The notes beneath the pieces were generated by a model, which saw nothing but the letters and a program-made list of their open reading frames with translations, did not search any database and was not told where the DNA came from. A stretch of 64,000 bases of DNA from positions 44,268,001 to 44,332,000 of the forward strand of contig NC_090327.1 in the NCBI RefSeq assembly GCF_035084215.1, read 5' to 3'. The position numbers and the translations under genes were made by a program. This stretch comes from Heptranchias perlo (Eukaryota). Shown here one piece after another: positions 11,344 through 24,900 of this stretch (position 1 is the stretch's first letter; each line of letters begins with the position of its first letter).

Positions 11344-12699
11344 TAGGTCTTCTGGCTCTTTGCTCCAGCAAAATCCATTGGAACAATGGCCCTTTAAATC
11401 TAGATGCTCCAGCTGACAGCCTTTCATGTGGGTCCGCAGTCTGCCCACTGCGCAGCTTTCAGACGGCAAACCCAGAAACAAGGTTAAGGGGCACCAATTA
11501 AGTCGTGATTACATGGGGAATGGTCAGTTTCTATTATACCGGTTTGCCGCGCGCACATTGACCCCCCCGCCCCCACCACTGCCATTCCGCCGCCATATTA
11601 AAATCGAGCCCAAAGAGTCTGCAAAGGGATATAGACAGGTTATGTGAGTGGGCAAGGAGGTGGCAGATGGAGTATAATGTGGGGAAATGTGAGGTTATTC
11701 ACTTTGGTAGGAAGAATAGAATATTTTTTAAATGGTGAGAAACTATTAAATGTTGGTGTTCAGAGATTTGAGTGTCCTCGTACAAGAAACACAAAAAGTA
11801 AGTATGCAGGTATCACAGGCAATTCGGAAAGCAAATGGCATGTTGGCCTTTATTGCAAGGGGGTTGGAGTACAAGAGTAAGGAGGTCTTACTACAGTTAT
11901 ACAGGGCTTTAGTGAGTCCTCACCTGGAGCACCGTGTACAGTTTTGGTCTCTTTATCTAAAGAAGGATATACTTGCCTTGGAGGCAGTGCAACGAAGGTT
12001 CACTAGATTAATTTCTGGGATGAGAGGGTTGTCCTATGAAAAGAGGTTGAGTAGAATGGGCCAATACTCTCTGGAGTTTAGAAGAATGAGAGGTGATTTC
12101 ATTGAAACATATAAGATTATGAGGGGGCTTGACAGGGTAGATGCTGAGAGATTGTTTCCCCTGGCTGGAGAGTCTAGAACTAGGGGGCATAGTTGCAGGG
12201 TATGGGGTCGCCCATTCAAGACTGAGATGAGAAGGAATTTCTTCACGCAGAGGGTTGTAAATCTTTGGAACTCTCTATCCCAGAGGGCTGTGGATGCTGA
12301 GTCATTGAATATATTCAAGGCTGAGATGAATAGATTTTTGGACTCTAGGGGAATCAAGGGGTATGGGGATCGGGTGGGAAAGTGGAGTTGAGGTCGAAGA
12401 TCAGCCATGATCTGATTGAATGTCAGAGCAGGTTCGAGGGGCCGAATGGCCTCCTCCTGCTCCTATTTCTTATGTTCTTATGTTCTTATGACACTGTAGT
12501 TCCCTTTTTGATATTGTTAGCTTCAAAACTGTACCACTAAAATATTGTGGAAACTATGTTCATATTTTGTTTACATAATATTTGTACCAAAGATACATGG
12601 CTGTTTCAGGATAACTTCAACGGGAGTCTTCCAGAATGGGCAGAAACTAGGCTGGACCTGACCTTTCATTGAAATTTCCTCAATGGCCTGTAGGGAGTG

Positions 12700-13900
12700 G
12701 GGCCTTCACACACTCTAAACATGACCATCAGCATAGGAAGCGTGGGGCCGAGGTCAGAGACTCCTTACATCAAGAGATCTCACTTCCAAAGCCCTCAGTG
12801 AGACCTGATGAATCAGCAGAGGTACATATGGTCAAGCATACAGGCCATCCAGGCACATAAGTGTGAACCACCTGGGGGCCAAGGCCAAGATTGTGGTCTG
12901 GACCGCTGAAGAATAATACTTCTTGTAGCAAAGTTATTCTACAGTGGCTCCCCCGAACAAGCACTCTTTGCTTGGACTTTTGGATCTCTTTGGCAGATCC
13001 CCTAGATACTTGGAGGCGTGGGTGCCTATCATTAGCATCCAAATTAATGAATCTCCCATCGACTCCAGAAGGTCCACCAAGGGCAGGTTCTTGTTGAGCA
13101 CATCTTGGCATAAAGAGATGCACCTCACTGTGGGTTTTATTTTTAACAATTTTTATCATATCATAATTTTGTTTTTCATCAGAGATCAATGCCAGATAAT
13201 TCATGTTTATTTTCCTTAACATAATTGTTTTTATAAATTTAAATAGGTTATACCCTGAGTGATGATGATGCTTCTGTACCAAATTTTAAAATTGTATCTT
13301 TGTTGTTGAAACATCTTCAAACTTTCATATCAACTTGAAATGATGGATCTGGGGTGTAAGAGCACTGGTCAAAGGATTGGTCTCTGAAGAACAGTGGGAG
13401 GAAATTCAGAATGGGCACATCTGGTCTCCATCCATTTATGAACCAAGAACAGTCAACTTATAGTCTATCATCGCCTTATTTGGTTTTAAGCCATATTTGG
13501 TTGGATGTATCTTTACTTTGCTCAAGCAACTGCAGTAAGCAGGGGTCTTTATACCATATATTTTAGAACTGTATGAAGATCAAGCCTTTTGGCAAAGGGT
13601 GTTGGCAAGTATCCAGGAAACCACAGGGGAGCAGTCCCTTCTGTTGGGGCTGCCTCTACGGGAGGTTGTAACCAACAAATCCTGAAAGCTGATTCAACTA
13701 ATGTTGATGATGGCACGCTAGTGCATTCCTGGCAGATGGAGGAATGAGAATTTACACCCCCAGCGATAAACATTTGGCTCAGTGCACTTACAGAGATTGC
13801 CACTATAGAGAACATCACAAATTCTTTGCCCTTGAGACAGAACATGTTTTTTTTTAAATTGTCTGCTTTTCAGGTCACAGTGAAATCACAGTCAACTACA
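12700..13900 (+). mobile_element. Highly degraded L1/Tx1-like ORF2 C-terminal relic
   Basis: Fragments such as EEQWEEI, VYHRL and CMKIKPFWQRV resemble the L1 cysteine-rich C-terminus; boundaries uncertain. Confidence 0.4.
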
Positions 13901-14059
13901 GATAAAGGAAGGTGATAGACTTCAGAATACTCATTGTTTTAGAGAAAGGTCATAATGGTGGCACATTGGAGTTACCGTTATTTATGAAATTGAACCAGTA
14001 GTGGGAAGAAGTTTGATAACTTGATAAGAATGAAACTAAAGATTGCAGGGAGACCTGAG

Positions 14060-14674
14060 AGTGCTGATTTTAACTACTGGTGGAGAACGGTCGGGAGGCC
14101 GGCGGAGTGCTTCCGTCGCCTGAACTTTCTTGCTGGCAGGAGGCCCAAGCCATTTAGAGGTCTGGGCCTCATTTCCATTCCTCCGGCAAGCTATGGATGC
14201 CAAGTTGGAAGGAGGTCTGGAAATCAGCCAGCTCTCACGCTGAGTCGGCCGACAGTCAGAGCCCAGGGGAGGTTGGGGGGGTGGGGTGCGATCCTGGCAG
14301 TGGAGCTCGGACGGGGCGAAACAGCCCAGTTTTTTTTGTGGGCCCAGGAGAAGCCTCCTGGCTCCACAAAAAAATTAGATATTTCCTAGGCCTTTTAAGA
14401 TTCGGCCACTCACCATTCATGTCCAGCGCATGCTCTGCACATTGTACCTCAAAATTGCAGTTGGAGTCTTATGTACATCATTGGATCCCAATTTGTGTAA
14501 TTGGGTAAGACTCCCACCTGATTCAGGTGGGTGTCAGGGTTGCCCTTGTAAAGGCCCTGGGCAAAATGACGGTAGTCAGGATCGGAGTGGGAACAGAGTA
14601 GAAAGTGCAGCACTCCGATTTTGGGGCCACTACCTACCTGATCCAGCCTGGCGGACTGAGTTAAAATCAGCTCT
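14060..14674. mobile_element. Harbinger-type MITE (~615 bp)
   Basis: TIRs AGTGCTGATTTTAACT / AGTTAAAATCAGCTCT (15/16); GC-rich non-coding interior. Confidence 0.75.
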
Positions 14675-14954
14675 ATGGTTCTTTGAACTTTAGAGCTCCC
14701 ACTTACTTTGCAGCTTCAGGGGAGTGACGCTAGAGCCAAAAATAAGGAGGAGAAGAGGGTAATGCCCCATTAAACTTGTAGCTGTGACTTTAAAACTGAC
14801 ATCGTCACCTGGATCTGGGGTACCTGGACAGGTCAAGGGAGTAGATGATATGGATATGCCACAGTGATAGGAAAAATTACTTTGTGAATGAGCCGTTGAG
14901 CCATCCAGGTCTATCCCTTTGAGGTGCAAATTCTTTTCTTCCTTTCAGTCCACA

Positions 14955-15298
14955 CTTGGGTTATTTTCACAACAGAAGGTTTCTTCGACAGCACCTCCCA
15001 AACCCGCGACCTCTACCACCTAGAAGGACAAGGGCATGGGAACACCACCACCTGCATGTTCCCCTCCAAGTCACACACCATCCTGACTTGGAAATATATC
15101 ACCGTTCCTTCATTGTTGCTGGGTCAAAATCCTGGAACTCCCTACCTAGCAGCACTGTGGGAGAACCTTCACCACACGGACTGCAGAGGTTCAAGAAGGC
15201 GGCTCACCACCACCTTCCCAAGGGCAATTAGGGATGGGCAATAAATGCTGATGTTGCCAGCAACACCCACATCCCATGAATGAATAATAAAAAAAAAG
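14955..15298 (+). mobile_element. 3' fragment of LINE family B
   Basis: LRQHLPNPRPLPPRRTRA...KKAAHHHL; 3'UTR GGGCAATTAGGGATGGGCAATAAATGCTG and A-tail. Confidence 0.92.
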
Positions 15299-15374
15299 AC
15301 AGTTGATGGGTTAGGCAGGCAATGCATAATAACTTATTATTATTAACTTACTGTACTAACCAATTTAGGTATCA

Positions 15375-16165
15375 TCATAGAATCATAGAAATTTACTGTA
15401 CAGAGGAGGCCATTCGGCCCATCATGTCTGTTCTACCTAAAAAGAGCTATAATCCTTAATCCCACCTACCAGCACCTGGTCCATAGCCTTGTAGGTTATG
15501 GCACTTCAAGTCCATAGCCAAGTCATTTTTAAATGTGATGAAGGTTTCTGCCTCTACCACCCTTTCAGGCAGTGAGTTCCAGATCCCCACCACCCTCTGG
15601 GTGAAAAATTTCTCCCCCCTAATTCTTCTACCAATTACTTTAAATTATTTTAATGCCCCCTCATTATTGATCTCTCTGCTAAATGAAATAGGTCCTTCCT
15701 ATCCATTCTATCTAGGCCCCTCATAATTTTATACAGCTCAATTAAATCTCCTCTCAGCCTTCTTTGTTCCAAAGAAAACAACCCCAGCGTATCCAATCTT
15801 TCCCCATAGCTAAAATTCTCCAGCCCTGGCAACATCCTTGTTAATCTCTTCTGTACCTTCGCTAGTGCAATCACATCTTTCCTGTAATGTGGTGACCAGA
15901 ACTGTACGCAATTCTCAAGCTGTGACCTAATCAATATTTTATACTGTTCTAGCATAACCTCCCTGCTCTTATATTCTATGCCTCGGCTAATAAAGGAAAG
16001 TATCCCGTATGCTTTTTTAACCACCATCTCTACCTGTCCTGCTACCTTCAGGGATCTGTGGACATGCACTCTAAGGTCCCTCTGTTCCTCTACACCTTTC
16101 AGTATCCTTCCATTTATTGTATATTCCCTTGTTTGCCCTCCCCAAATGCATTACCTCACACTCTT
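15375..16165 (-). mobile_element. 5'-truncated CR1 LINE
   Basis: ORF 15650-16069 (LIRSQLENCVQFWSP...RRLRGDLIE); CATAGAAT-type tail. Confidence 0.9.
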
Positions 16166-16243
16166 TCAGTACTCAGGTACTCTTGTACTTTGACACAATA
16201 TAAATGACAAATAACTATTTAAAAGAAAAGATGTATACTGTAT

Positions 16244-16670
16244 GCCTTGGCTCTGTAATAACACTCTTGTCTCTGAGTCAGAGGTTATGGGTTTAAGTCT
16301 CACTTCAGAGACTTGAGCTCATAATCTTGGCTGATACCTCAGTGCAGTACTGAAGGAGTGCTGCACTATTGGAGGTGCCGTCTTTTGGATGATTCGTTAA
16401 ACCACGTTAAAACAAGCCTGCCCTCTTAAGTGGATGTAAAAGATCCCATAGCTCTATTTGTAGAAGAGCAGAAGTGTTCTCCCAGTGTCCTGGCCAATAT
16501 TTATCCCTCAACCAACATCACTAAAAAAACAGATTATTGTTGTTTGTGGGACCTTGCTCTGCTCAAATTGGTTGCAGTGACTACACTTCCAATCTGCATC
16601 ATTGGTTGTAAATCATTTTGGGACATCCTGCGGCCATGAAAGATACTGTATAAATGCAAGTTTTTCCTTT
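16244..16670 (+). mobile_element. tRNA-derived DeuSINE (SacSINE1-like)
   Basis: tRNA-like head, Deu-like core GGAGGTGCCGTC...GTAAAAGATCCCAT...GAAGAGCAG, L2-like tail TATAAATGCAAG. Confidence 0.8.
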
Positions 16671-16792
16671 TGTTTTATGTCTAGAATGCCACAATGTTCT
16701 ATTTCACTTGTGCTATATCGACAGTTTTAAATTGTATTCCAATATCCATTCTAATGATAGAACAGCATCCAGATAATGTGTGGCACCCTTAT

Positions 16793-16806
16793 GTTGCTAT
16801 GGAAAC
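16793..16806. promoter_or_regulatory. Candidate RFX X-box
   Basis: GTTGCTATGGAAAC, 12/14 to the palindromic consensus GTTGCCATGGCAAC, in apparently non-repetitive DNA. Confidence 0.4.
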
Positions 16807-19116
16807 TGCAAACAATCAGCAATATAAATGAACAGAATTAAGAAAAAACTGTTGTAATGCACCTTCATGAACCAAAAACTCTTAAAACTGAATGTTAGTA
16901 GCATATTTCACAAACAAATGCTTCCGCTGCCGCTGCAAGGTTACTCACTATCATATCAGCTGTATTTGATGCGAAATCTAATCCATGATTCGAAAAGGTG
17001 TTATTATAGTAGCTTCATGACATATTTCTCAACCCTCCGTTGGTGTTGAATTTCTGAAGCACAATGTGGAGACGTTTTGGAGAGAATTCATGAAAAAATT
17101 TGCAATTTAAAAATCATATGCAACTTGAAGTATAAATAGCAGCCAAGATGAACTATGGGAAAATGGTGATTTATATTTCTCTGTTGAGGCTTATCCAATT
17201 GGCTTGTGACTCCAATATTCTTAAGTTATAGCATCATCCTTAACAGTGAGTGTTAAATCTGTATTTTGCTAGTCACCCATCCTTTATTATTTCAGAGAAC
17301 CCTTTTGTTTCCAGAATTTGTGATCGAATAACTTGTGTGCAGCAAGTTGCAAACAAATTGTGGTTAGATTTCTGATTAGAAATAAAAATCATGTCATATA
17401 GACCTGCCATGACGTACTTTGTTTATAATCATTATTAATTTAAAAAAAGCAAAACATTATTTTTTTTTAGGTTTGAAAAACTTGAGTAAACAATACTTTT
17501 TTTTAATCTTACAATACAATATGAATAACTAATGATTTTTTTTTAATATGGAACATGCCCATGTTGGCACGGGATATTGGAACACCAATGCGCTGTACCA
17601 CTGTGAAGTGAGATGCCAGTTTGTACCCCACACTGCTGAATTCACAATTTCAGCTCTGTAGCAGTAGGAAGTGCCAAGTGGAAGCTACAAAATACTCTGC
17701 AGGGAGAATAATCCCCAGGCCACTCTTGAATACCTTCCAGATCCTAACCTCAGAATGGTACTTGCAGAAACCTCAGAGACAATCACCTGCCTGCCCACTT
17801 ACCCTTAACTGTTAACAGTGCACAGTGTAGGAAACGCAGTGAAAATAACTTTAAAAAGACAGGCTTACCCTCACTTGAAAATAATGCCACTCATAATGTA
17901 TTTACATCATTTATTCATGGAGCTGGAATGGAGTGGCAAAATTGAGATTCCAATATTCTTGTAATTGTTTCGGTATTTTAGCCAACAGCTACAATGTTGC
18001 CCTCCTCGCCAATATTCCGAAAACACCTGATGTGAAAATATTATTTAGTTTTGTCTGTGAAACTTTTGAAACATTGAAGTGTGTTGGCTATTTTAATGGG
18101 ATTTAAGCCTGTTAGTTTTTTTGGTTATCAGCTGCAACAAAACCCTACAATGATAGTGGATTAGCGTCCTTTGAGGCCTACTCTGGGCTGTCTGTTTTCT
18201 TTGTGTTGGATTTTCCTCTTTTGTAAAGCTTGATTATTTGCTTGTGTTTTGTTGCCTGAAGGCCCTTTGCTGCAGGATAGAGATTACGTACAGACGGGTA
18301 GTTTTTTTTCCTCCCTCTACATTTTGGATAGCAGATGGTTGTAGTCCAACAGGTGTACTCAGATTATTCCACCAAGTTTTACATCTGCTGGGCACACAAA
18401 CAACATGCTAGCTGCTCCACTAGGCCAGCTGCAACTTTTACTGTTACCAGTTCTGCAATGGATCAGGTGGTGAGAGTGAAGGCTGGTGACCTTTGACTAA
18501 GTATTGATGCATGAAAAGGCTAGACTTTCAAAGTATGCTTTGATCATTACTTTTTGTGGTGAAAATGGAGACAGAGTAAAAGGTGACATCTCTCATAGGA
18601 AGTGATGGGCAGTTTTGTTTATGTAACTAGAGTTTAAGCTGGTGACAGATGAGATTCTGATCAGATACAGTGTAAATTGTGTTGATGTATGAAGATAAGG
18701 CAATGAAATCTGGAGAAATAATAAAAATATATTGAATGTTGCCTTTCATTATTCAGTATAATAGTTAAGTCAATTTGTATCTTTAAACTTTTAATACAAT
18801 GTATGGTAAACTGTAAATTGAAAAAAACTGGTTGCTCAGCAATGTTTTATCACGATCAGTATTATCAGGTTTTTACGGTCAAGGTAACTGAAGATCCCAG
18901 ATTGTTCTGAATATGCTGTGGGTAAAGTGACAACAAAATGATTAATTATTGTTAATTATTCTCTTTGGTTCAACTTCAAGTACAGTCAAGGCTCAATGTC
19001 ATTATGACTTACTGTAGAAATTTTATGTTGCCCCTTTAAAATTGTATTTTCTGTTATGCTTTAATTTATAATTCTCACAGTATTGTCTTTTTGATTATGT
19101 CTATGGTAAAGATGAT

Positions 19117-19751
19117 GGGGCCTAAATTCTACAGCGCCCGATAATAGGCGCAAAATGTTCGGCTTGCTGAACTCGCATGCCAGAAGAGAGAGACCCGAAG
19201 ACGGACCTAAATTCGTTCTTGGACCTCATTTGAATAAAGCCAGTGAGCTACCGGTGCCAATTGAATGTGCCTACCCAACTCATCAATCTGGGCCCTTCAA
19301 ATTTGTCTGGTTTAGGTGCCGAGCTGGCCCGCAGGTAAGCCCAGGAAGGGGGGGAGGCAAACGGAAGGGGACGAGGCGGGCCAGCAACCATCGGTAGTAT
19401 TAATGTGGAGGCAGGAAGAGCACACCTCTTAGAAAAAAACATACCTGCCAGTTTCTTCGACAGCCTCCAATGGTTCCTTTAAGGATCGCTGACTGTTTCA
19501 GTGTCCAAAAAACACAAGCTCCAACTAGTCTTAACGAATTTCCTGAAAATGGGCGCAGGACACTCATTTGAAATGAGGCCTGCGTCATTTCAGGCAGGCA
19601 CCAGGGCCACCTGAAAAAAGGCCCTGTCGAATTTAGCGGCAGCTTGATCGCACGCACAAATCGGGCATGGGCCTTTGCTCTGCTAAATTCGGCATCATCG
19701 CACCCAATCCAAGTCTGTAAAACTTGTGCAACAATGCTGGATTTAGGTCCT
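19117..19751. mobile_element. Harbinger-type MITE (635 bp)
   Basis: TIRs GGGGCCTAAATTC / GGATTTAGGTCCT; 3-bp TSD GAT (19114-19116, 19752-19754). Confidence 0.8.
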
Positions 19752-20084
19752 GATAACTTTGCAATAGCTTGCTCTTAATATATCTGACGCTCAATCTTAC
19801 TGCTTTGCCTCCTGGCATAGTTCATCTGGTCTGTGAGATTTAATGGAGCCCGTTAAGAAGATTGTGCCCTCAGTTTAGAGAGAACAATATGAATAATATT
19901 GCAAAGACAGTAGAGCTAGCAGTTTGAAGAACAATTTAAAATCTGACACTGGATTAGGGAGATACACTCTGTATTGCGTTAATTTATGGAGATGAAAATA
20001 CAATAATGTAATTTGGTCATTTGGAACTGAATTTCTGAACCAATAACCAAAGTTTAAAATCCAATGTTCTGGTTGAATATTTAA

Positions 20085-20321
20085 AAGAACATAGAACCAT
20101 AGAAAAGAAACAGCACAGAAGGGGGCCATTTGGCTCATCGTGTCCATGCCAGCTCGAAGAACAACCAGGTGCCCATTCTAATCTCACCTTCCAGCACCCG
20201 GTCCATAGCCCTGCAGCTTACAGCACTTTAGGTGCAGGTCTTGGTACTTTTTAAAAGAGTTGAGGGTCCCTGCCTCTACCGCCAAGTTGGACAGCGAATT
20301 CCACACACGGGCAGCGAATTC
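20085..20321 (-). mobile_element. Short CR1 3'-end insertion
   Basis: CATAGAA tail and GGCCATT 3'UTR motif like the other CR1 copies. Confidence 0.8.
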
Positions 20322-21464
20322 TTGCCGATTCACCTATTGTCAGGCTCACGTGTTAAAAACTATTCACCATGTAATTTTGTCTTGACAGACTTGAGTTAGT
20401 TAGGTATTAAATGTATTGCACAATAACATATATATTTCAATAATCTGGGGTCGGGGGGAGATGTATTTGGACCATGCACTTGTAATAATGTGCAGGGAGC
20501 TGTTCTCATTTATCAAAGCAATCAGGAAAAGTAAGAGACTACTGACTTAATTTTTTTTCTTTAGGGGAGAATAAATAATTATTTAGTAACTTGTATTGAT
20601 TTCACATTTTGGGGAACCTATCTTTGTTTTCTAAAATTACATTCACTTTGAAAATACAGATATAAAAATGTCTTCAATTTTATGGTCTAACTTTATTTTT
20701 GAATTTCCTGATTTAATTTCACTATTTTAAACATATTAATCTCAAGAAATGAGCCCTTGCAGCAATAGAGGATGAACTTTGATAAGAATGTTTTTGGAAT
20801 TCCCAAACAACAAGATAACAAATGTTGGACTAAGCTGCATGCTGAACTAGCTGTTGGAAGACTATCGGATTTTATCTGGAAAGCCTTTGGCTACAGACTA
20901 CAAACATGATACAGAAAACATTACTCTACTTTCTTAATATTTAAACAATTGAAGGCATGATCCAGGCCAACCATTCAAATGTAATTAAAAATAGTAACAG
21001 CTCTGTTGCATTCCATTTATGTACAGCTTCCACTTTGCTGCTAAAAAAGACATATCCCAATATTTTCCTGTGTGTTAGTTTTATGAGTTCCACAAATGCG
21101 TTTGTAAAGGCTTTTATGGATTTATTAAAACCAATGCACAGAGAAATACCAGGGAAAATACTTTGTAAAACAACTGTGTTTTAGGCGCTAGGTATTTCTA
21201 TTAAATCCATCTCACCCAAAATACTGTATTTAAATTGGGCAATAGGTATTAAATGCCAGTGCCTTACTGTTGCTTTCCTTCTAATCAAAAGACTGAAAAA
21301 GAATTGCAAAGCACTCACATATCTTGAATCTGATATTTACATAAATTACAGAATACTTCTTTTATGAGAAAATGGAGCTACTTAAATTGAAGATTTGCCA
21401 CTTGTTCCTTTTAATATTACGTCCTGTTTACTTATATTTGAATATCGAGCCTAGATATTTTTTA

Positions 21465-21903
21465 AAACTTGCATTTATATAGCACCTTTCATATCCTCAG
21501 GCTGTCCATAAGCATTTCACAGTCAAAGAAAAACTTTAAGTATAGTCACTGTTATTGTATAGACAAATGCAGTAGCCAATTTGCATGCAGCAATGTCCAA
21601 CAAACAGCAAATGAGGTAAATGACCAGTTAATCTGTCAGTTGAGGAATAGATGTTAGCTTTGACACCGGGAGAATTCCCCTGCTCTTCAAATGGTATCAT
21701 GGGAACTTTTAGATCTACCTGAACAAAAACACTGGGCCTCAGTTTAATAACTCATCCAAAAGACAGTACCTCTGTGAATGCAGCACTCCTTCAATATTAC
21801 AAGGAAATATCAGCCTAGATTATATGCTCAAGAACAGGAGTGGGACATGAACCTACAACCTTCTTACTCAGAGGCAAGAATGCTACCAATGATCCAAGCT
21901 GCC
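21465..21903 (-). mobile_element. DeuSINE copy
   Basis: Reverse complement similar to 16244-16670 from head to tail. Confidence 0.8.
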
Positions 21904-24900
21904 ACTTGTTAATTTAAGTTTCTGCTTACAGCAGAGAAGAAAATCAAAATGTACTTCAAGAAAGTCTACTTCTTAAGGCACTTGCAGAATGTGGCTTGCG
22001 GCAGTCTGGGCCCTAGGAGAACACTACAAAATGACCCTCCGTCCCCCTCCTCCCTCCCCGCCCAATCTGGAACTCTCCCATTTTTACATTAGAAGTCTGC
22101 TGTAGATCTCCTACAAGCCAAGAGGATCCATGCAGCACGTAGTACCAATGCAGATCCAGAGACCCATGAGAAAGGCGTCTCCACTGCTGCAGGAACAAGA
22201 TAGGTTGAGTTACTTGCACAGTTGGTAGCACTCCCCAGTGTAAGACCTGCACATTGGAAATCAATGACACCACAGTAATTTAAAAGCATACTTTATCCTG
22301 TAGTTATCGTGCACTACCATCTGAGACAAATAGATGTACAGCGTGATTTATAGCCAGCAGTGCCCACGTTACACTGTAGTTTGAATTACACTCTAACAAC
22401 CAGGACAGCGTATGATTACATGCGTCTGCAGAACTCTGCTCCCCCGATGGTAAATTTTTGAATACTTTGAGAATGGAGTGGGAACATCCATTTTTTTTCA
22501 AATTATAATAAAACACTCTACTTTTTACAATGTCCAGGCTCAAGCAGTGTGGGACTGTCTCCCCAATGGTGTCTCACATTGCTGTGTCCCAGGGTCAGAT
22601 TGAGACTCGACTCCAAAGTTATACTATCACTTTTGAGTTATTTCTAAGTGGACACCACTTGACTGAAATGCAAAAGCAGTAGTATGACTGCACCTTTAAA
22701 TGCTACTTCAAAGTTGACTTGCTTAAATTGAAAGTCCACAAGGAAGTGATTGTGACAAGCAACCTTCTTGGAGATTTCATCTTAATTGAAACACCATGTG
22801 CAGGTGTATGCAGCATCCTGCAGGAAGAGCAGTTTTCATTTTCAAGTTAAAAAAGTCACACATGTGACACTTTCCATTAAAAATGTAAATAACTTAATTT
22901 CTTAATTTCCTAGTTTGCCCTTTGGTATATTTTCTGATTCTTGGTTGTTTAAAATATCTTTTAAATCTGAATAAAATACAGACAAAGTAGAATTAGATTA
23001 CAAGTTATTGTAAAGTTTTAATTTAATACAAAGCAAGGGAAAAATTTAAGATAAGGTAATAGTTTTCAGCACATTGCTGTGTGTTTATCATTTAAACTCA
23101 CAATGCAGCTTCCAGCTCTTATTACATTAATTCCAAAACCGAACTACCTTTTTTTCCTTCGGGCCTCCTCAGTACTGAATACGTGACCTAGCTATGCCAT
23201 TTACCTGACCTATGTGAACACTAATGTGCAGTTGTGTGTGAAAAGCCAATTTAGCTCTTTAGAGGATCAATGTATATGGTGGAAAAGATTGAACTACTCT
23301 AAAGTCACTTTCTTATCAAACTTATCAAGTATCAAGACTTAGAAAAATATGGTCAAATATGATGGTGCACAGAACAGCTTCAATGTTATTTAGAATGTGT
23401 CTCAGGTTGACAAAAAAAATAACCTTTTGAGCATTGAATTTTCTTTGGAGCTGAATTTCCTTCAAAGCTCGGTAACCTATTATAAAAGAAAATCATAGAC
23501 ATGTTTAGAAAAAATTCACAAATCTCTTAAAAAATGTGAAAAATGGTGACCTTGTTTTTATTTTGGAACTATAATCCCATTGTACTCTTTAAAAGTTTCA
23601 TGAATATATGGTAAATTTAAATGTTATAGAGAATGTCACAATTATAGGATTCTTACATTTTTAAAGTGGATTGATTTTGTATTATTAATGAGATGAAGAG
23701 TTTCAGTAATTTTATACAGATAGTAGACAGCTAGGCTGGCACAGCAGGTCACTTGGTGAACCACTGGAATGAGTTTTGAATAAATTGTGGAGTTTGTTTG
23801 AGATTTTTTCCTAGCTTTAGCTCCTCCCTGATAGATGCCTCCACATATCCTGACAGTTATTCTGTCAATAATAATTGAACGCTGTGTCATAAGAATAGTT
23901 CTGTTTTTTCCAATTATGATAGCGTGCAGGTTGGATTTCAGTGTTTTGTTCTGTACATATATCACTCATAACAGATTGCAATTTGTCAGGAACTGCCAGG
24001 TACTGCAGGAGTTGACCTGAGAAACAGATGCAGAAAATGTCAAATTTTATGTGTGCAAACAAACGTTGTATAGTGAATATTTGGATTAGTCCTCCATATA
24101 CAATAAAATACGATTTATGAAAAAATGTCAGAAACAATTACAGGCTTACCTGATATTTAAAAAAATGAGTCAACATATGTTGTCAAAATGGAAAATCTTA
24201 CACTAGCTTCTTGTATTTAAAAATTGATTGTAATTTCACATATGTGTGTATGTGTATGTATATATATTAAATTGGTTTCTATTTGGCAGGAAAGATATTT
24301 AAATAAAATTAGATTGTTCCATCTTTATTAACATTTGTAGTACCAGACTATTTTGACAAGAAAATGCAAAGAAGGATTAACAGAACAATTAAGATATAGA
24401 TCTGTAAAACTTTTCAGAGAGAATGGCACACATAGACTTCAACTGGTGATAACCAGATTCATTCTCCAGGGAGGATGTCATGTGCTGACTCCCTGTACAC
24501 TTTTGGTTGAAACAGATTATATTAGACTCCTGAGAGAATGTCACACATGTTTCCATGTGTGCTTTTAATTAGGAATAATTAAGCAAGACAAGCAAAGGTC
24601 AATTTTCTGATTGAGATTAAAAAGTAATTATACCTTGTAACAACTTTGCCTGGTCATAGGTGTGGGAAGATCTGGTCATCTGATTAGTTTCAAGCTGCAT
24701 AATCGGTTAAACAGAAGCAAAATTCCAGAACTACAGCTGCCTACCTAGATATTTTGAATCTAATAGAGGTCTTTCACCAGAATATTATGCAGATGAAGGG
24801 AACAGGAAGGGCTATATATTGGTTATAGTGCCATTGTTGGACTCAGATTCAGGTGGCCCGAGTTCAGATGTCAACCTCAACCTGGTGTTAGATATTTACA

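Larger units (their letters stand above)
7304..11611 (+). mobile_element. Full-length PIF/Harbinger DNA transposon (element H1, 4308 bp)
   Basis: 19-bp TIRs GGGCTCGATTTTAAAATGG / CCATATTAAAATCGAGCCC (1 mismatch); 3-bp TSD AAA (7301-7303, 11612-11614); convergent transposase and Myb-like genes. Confidence 0.96.
7035..12490 (+). mobile_element. 5'-truncated CR1 LINE split by a Harbinger insertion (pieces 7035-7303 and 11612-12490)
   Basis: RT peptides continue across the insertion (GAGGACACAAA|GAGTCTGCAAAGG); C-terminal ORF 11750-12391; 3' tail (TTCTTATG)n at ~12467-12490. Confidence 0.93.

Noticed and set aside
20291-20321. CAGCGAATTC direct repeat as a regulatory element
   Set aside because: Sits at a CR1 5'-truncation junction and is most simply an integration by-product.
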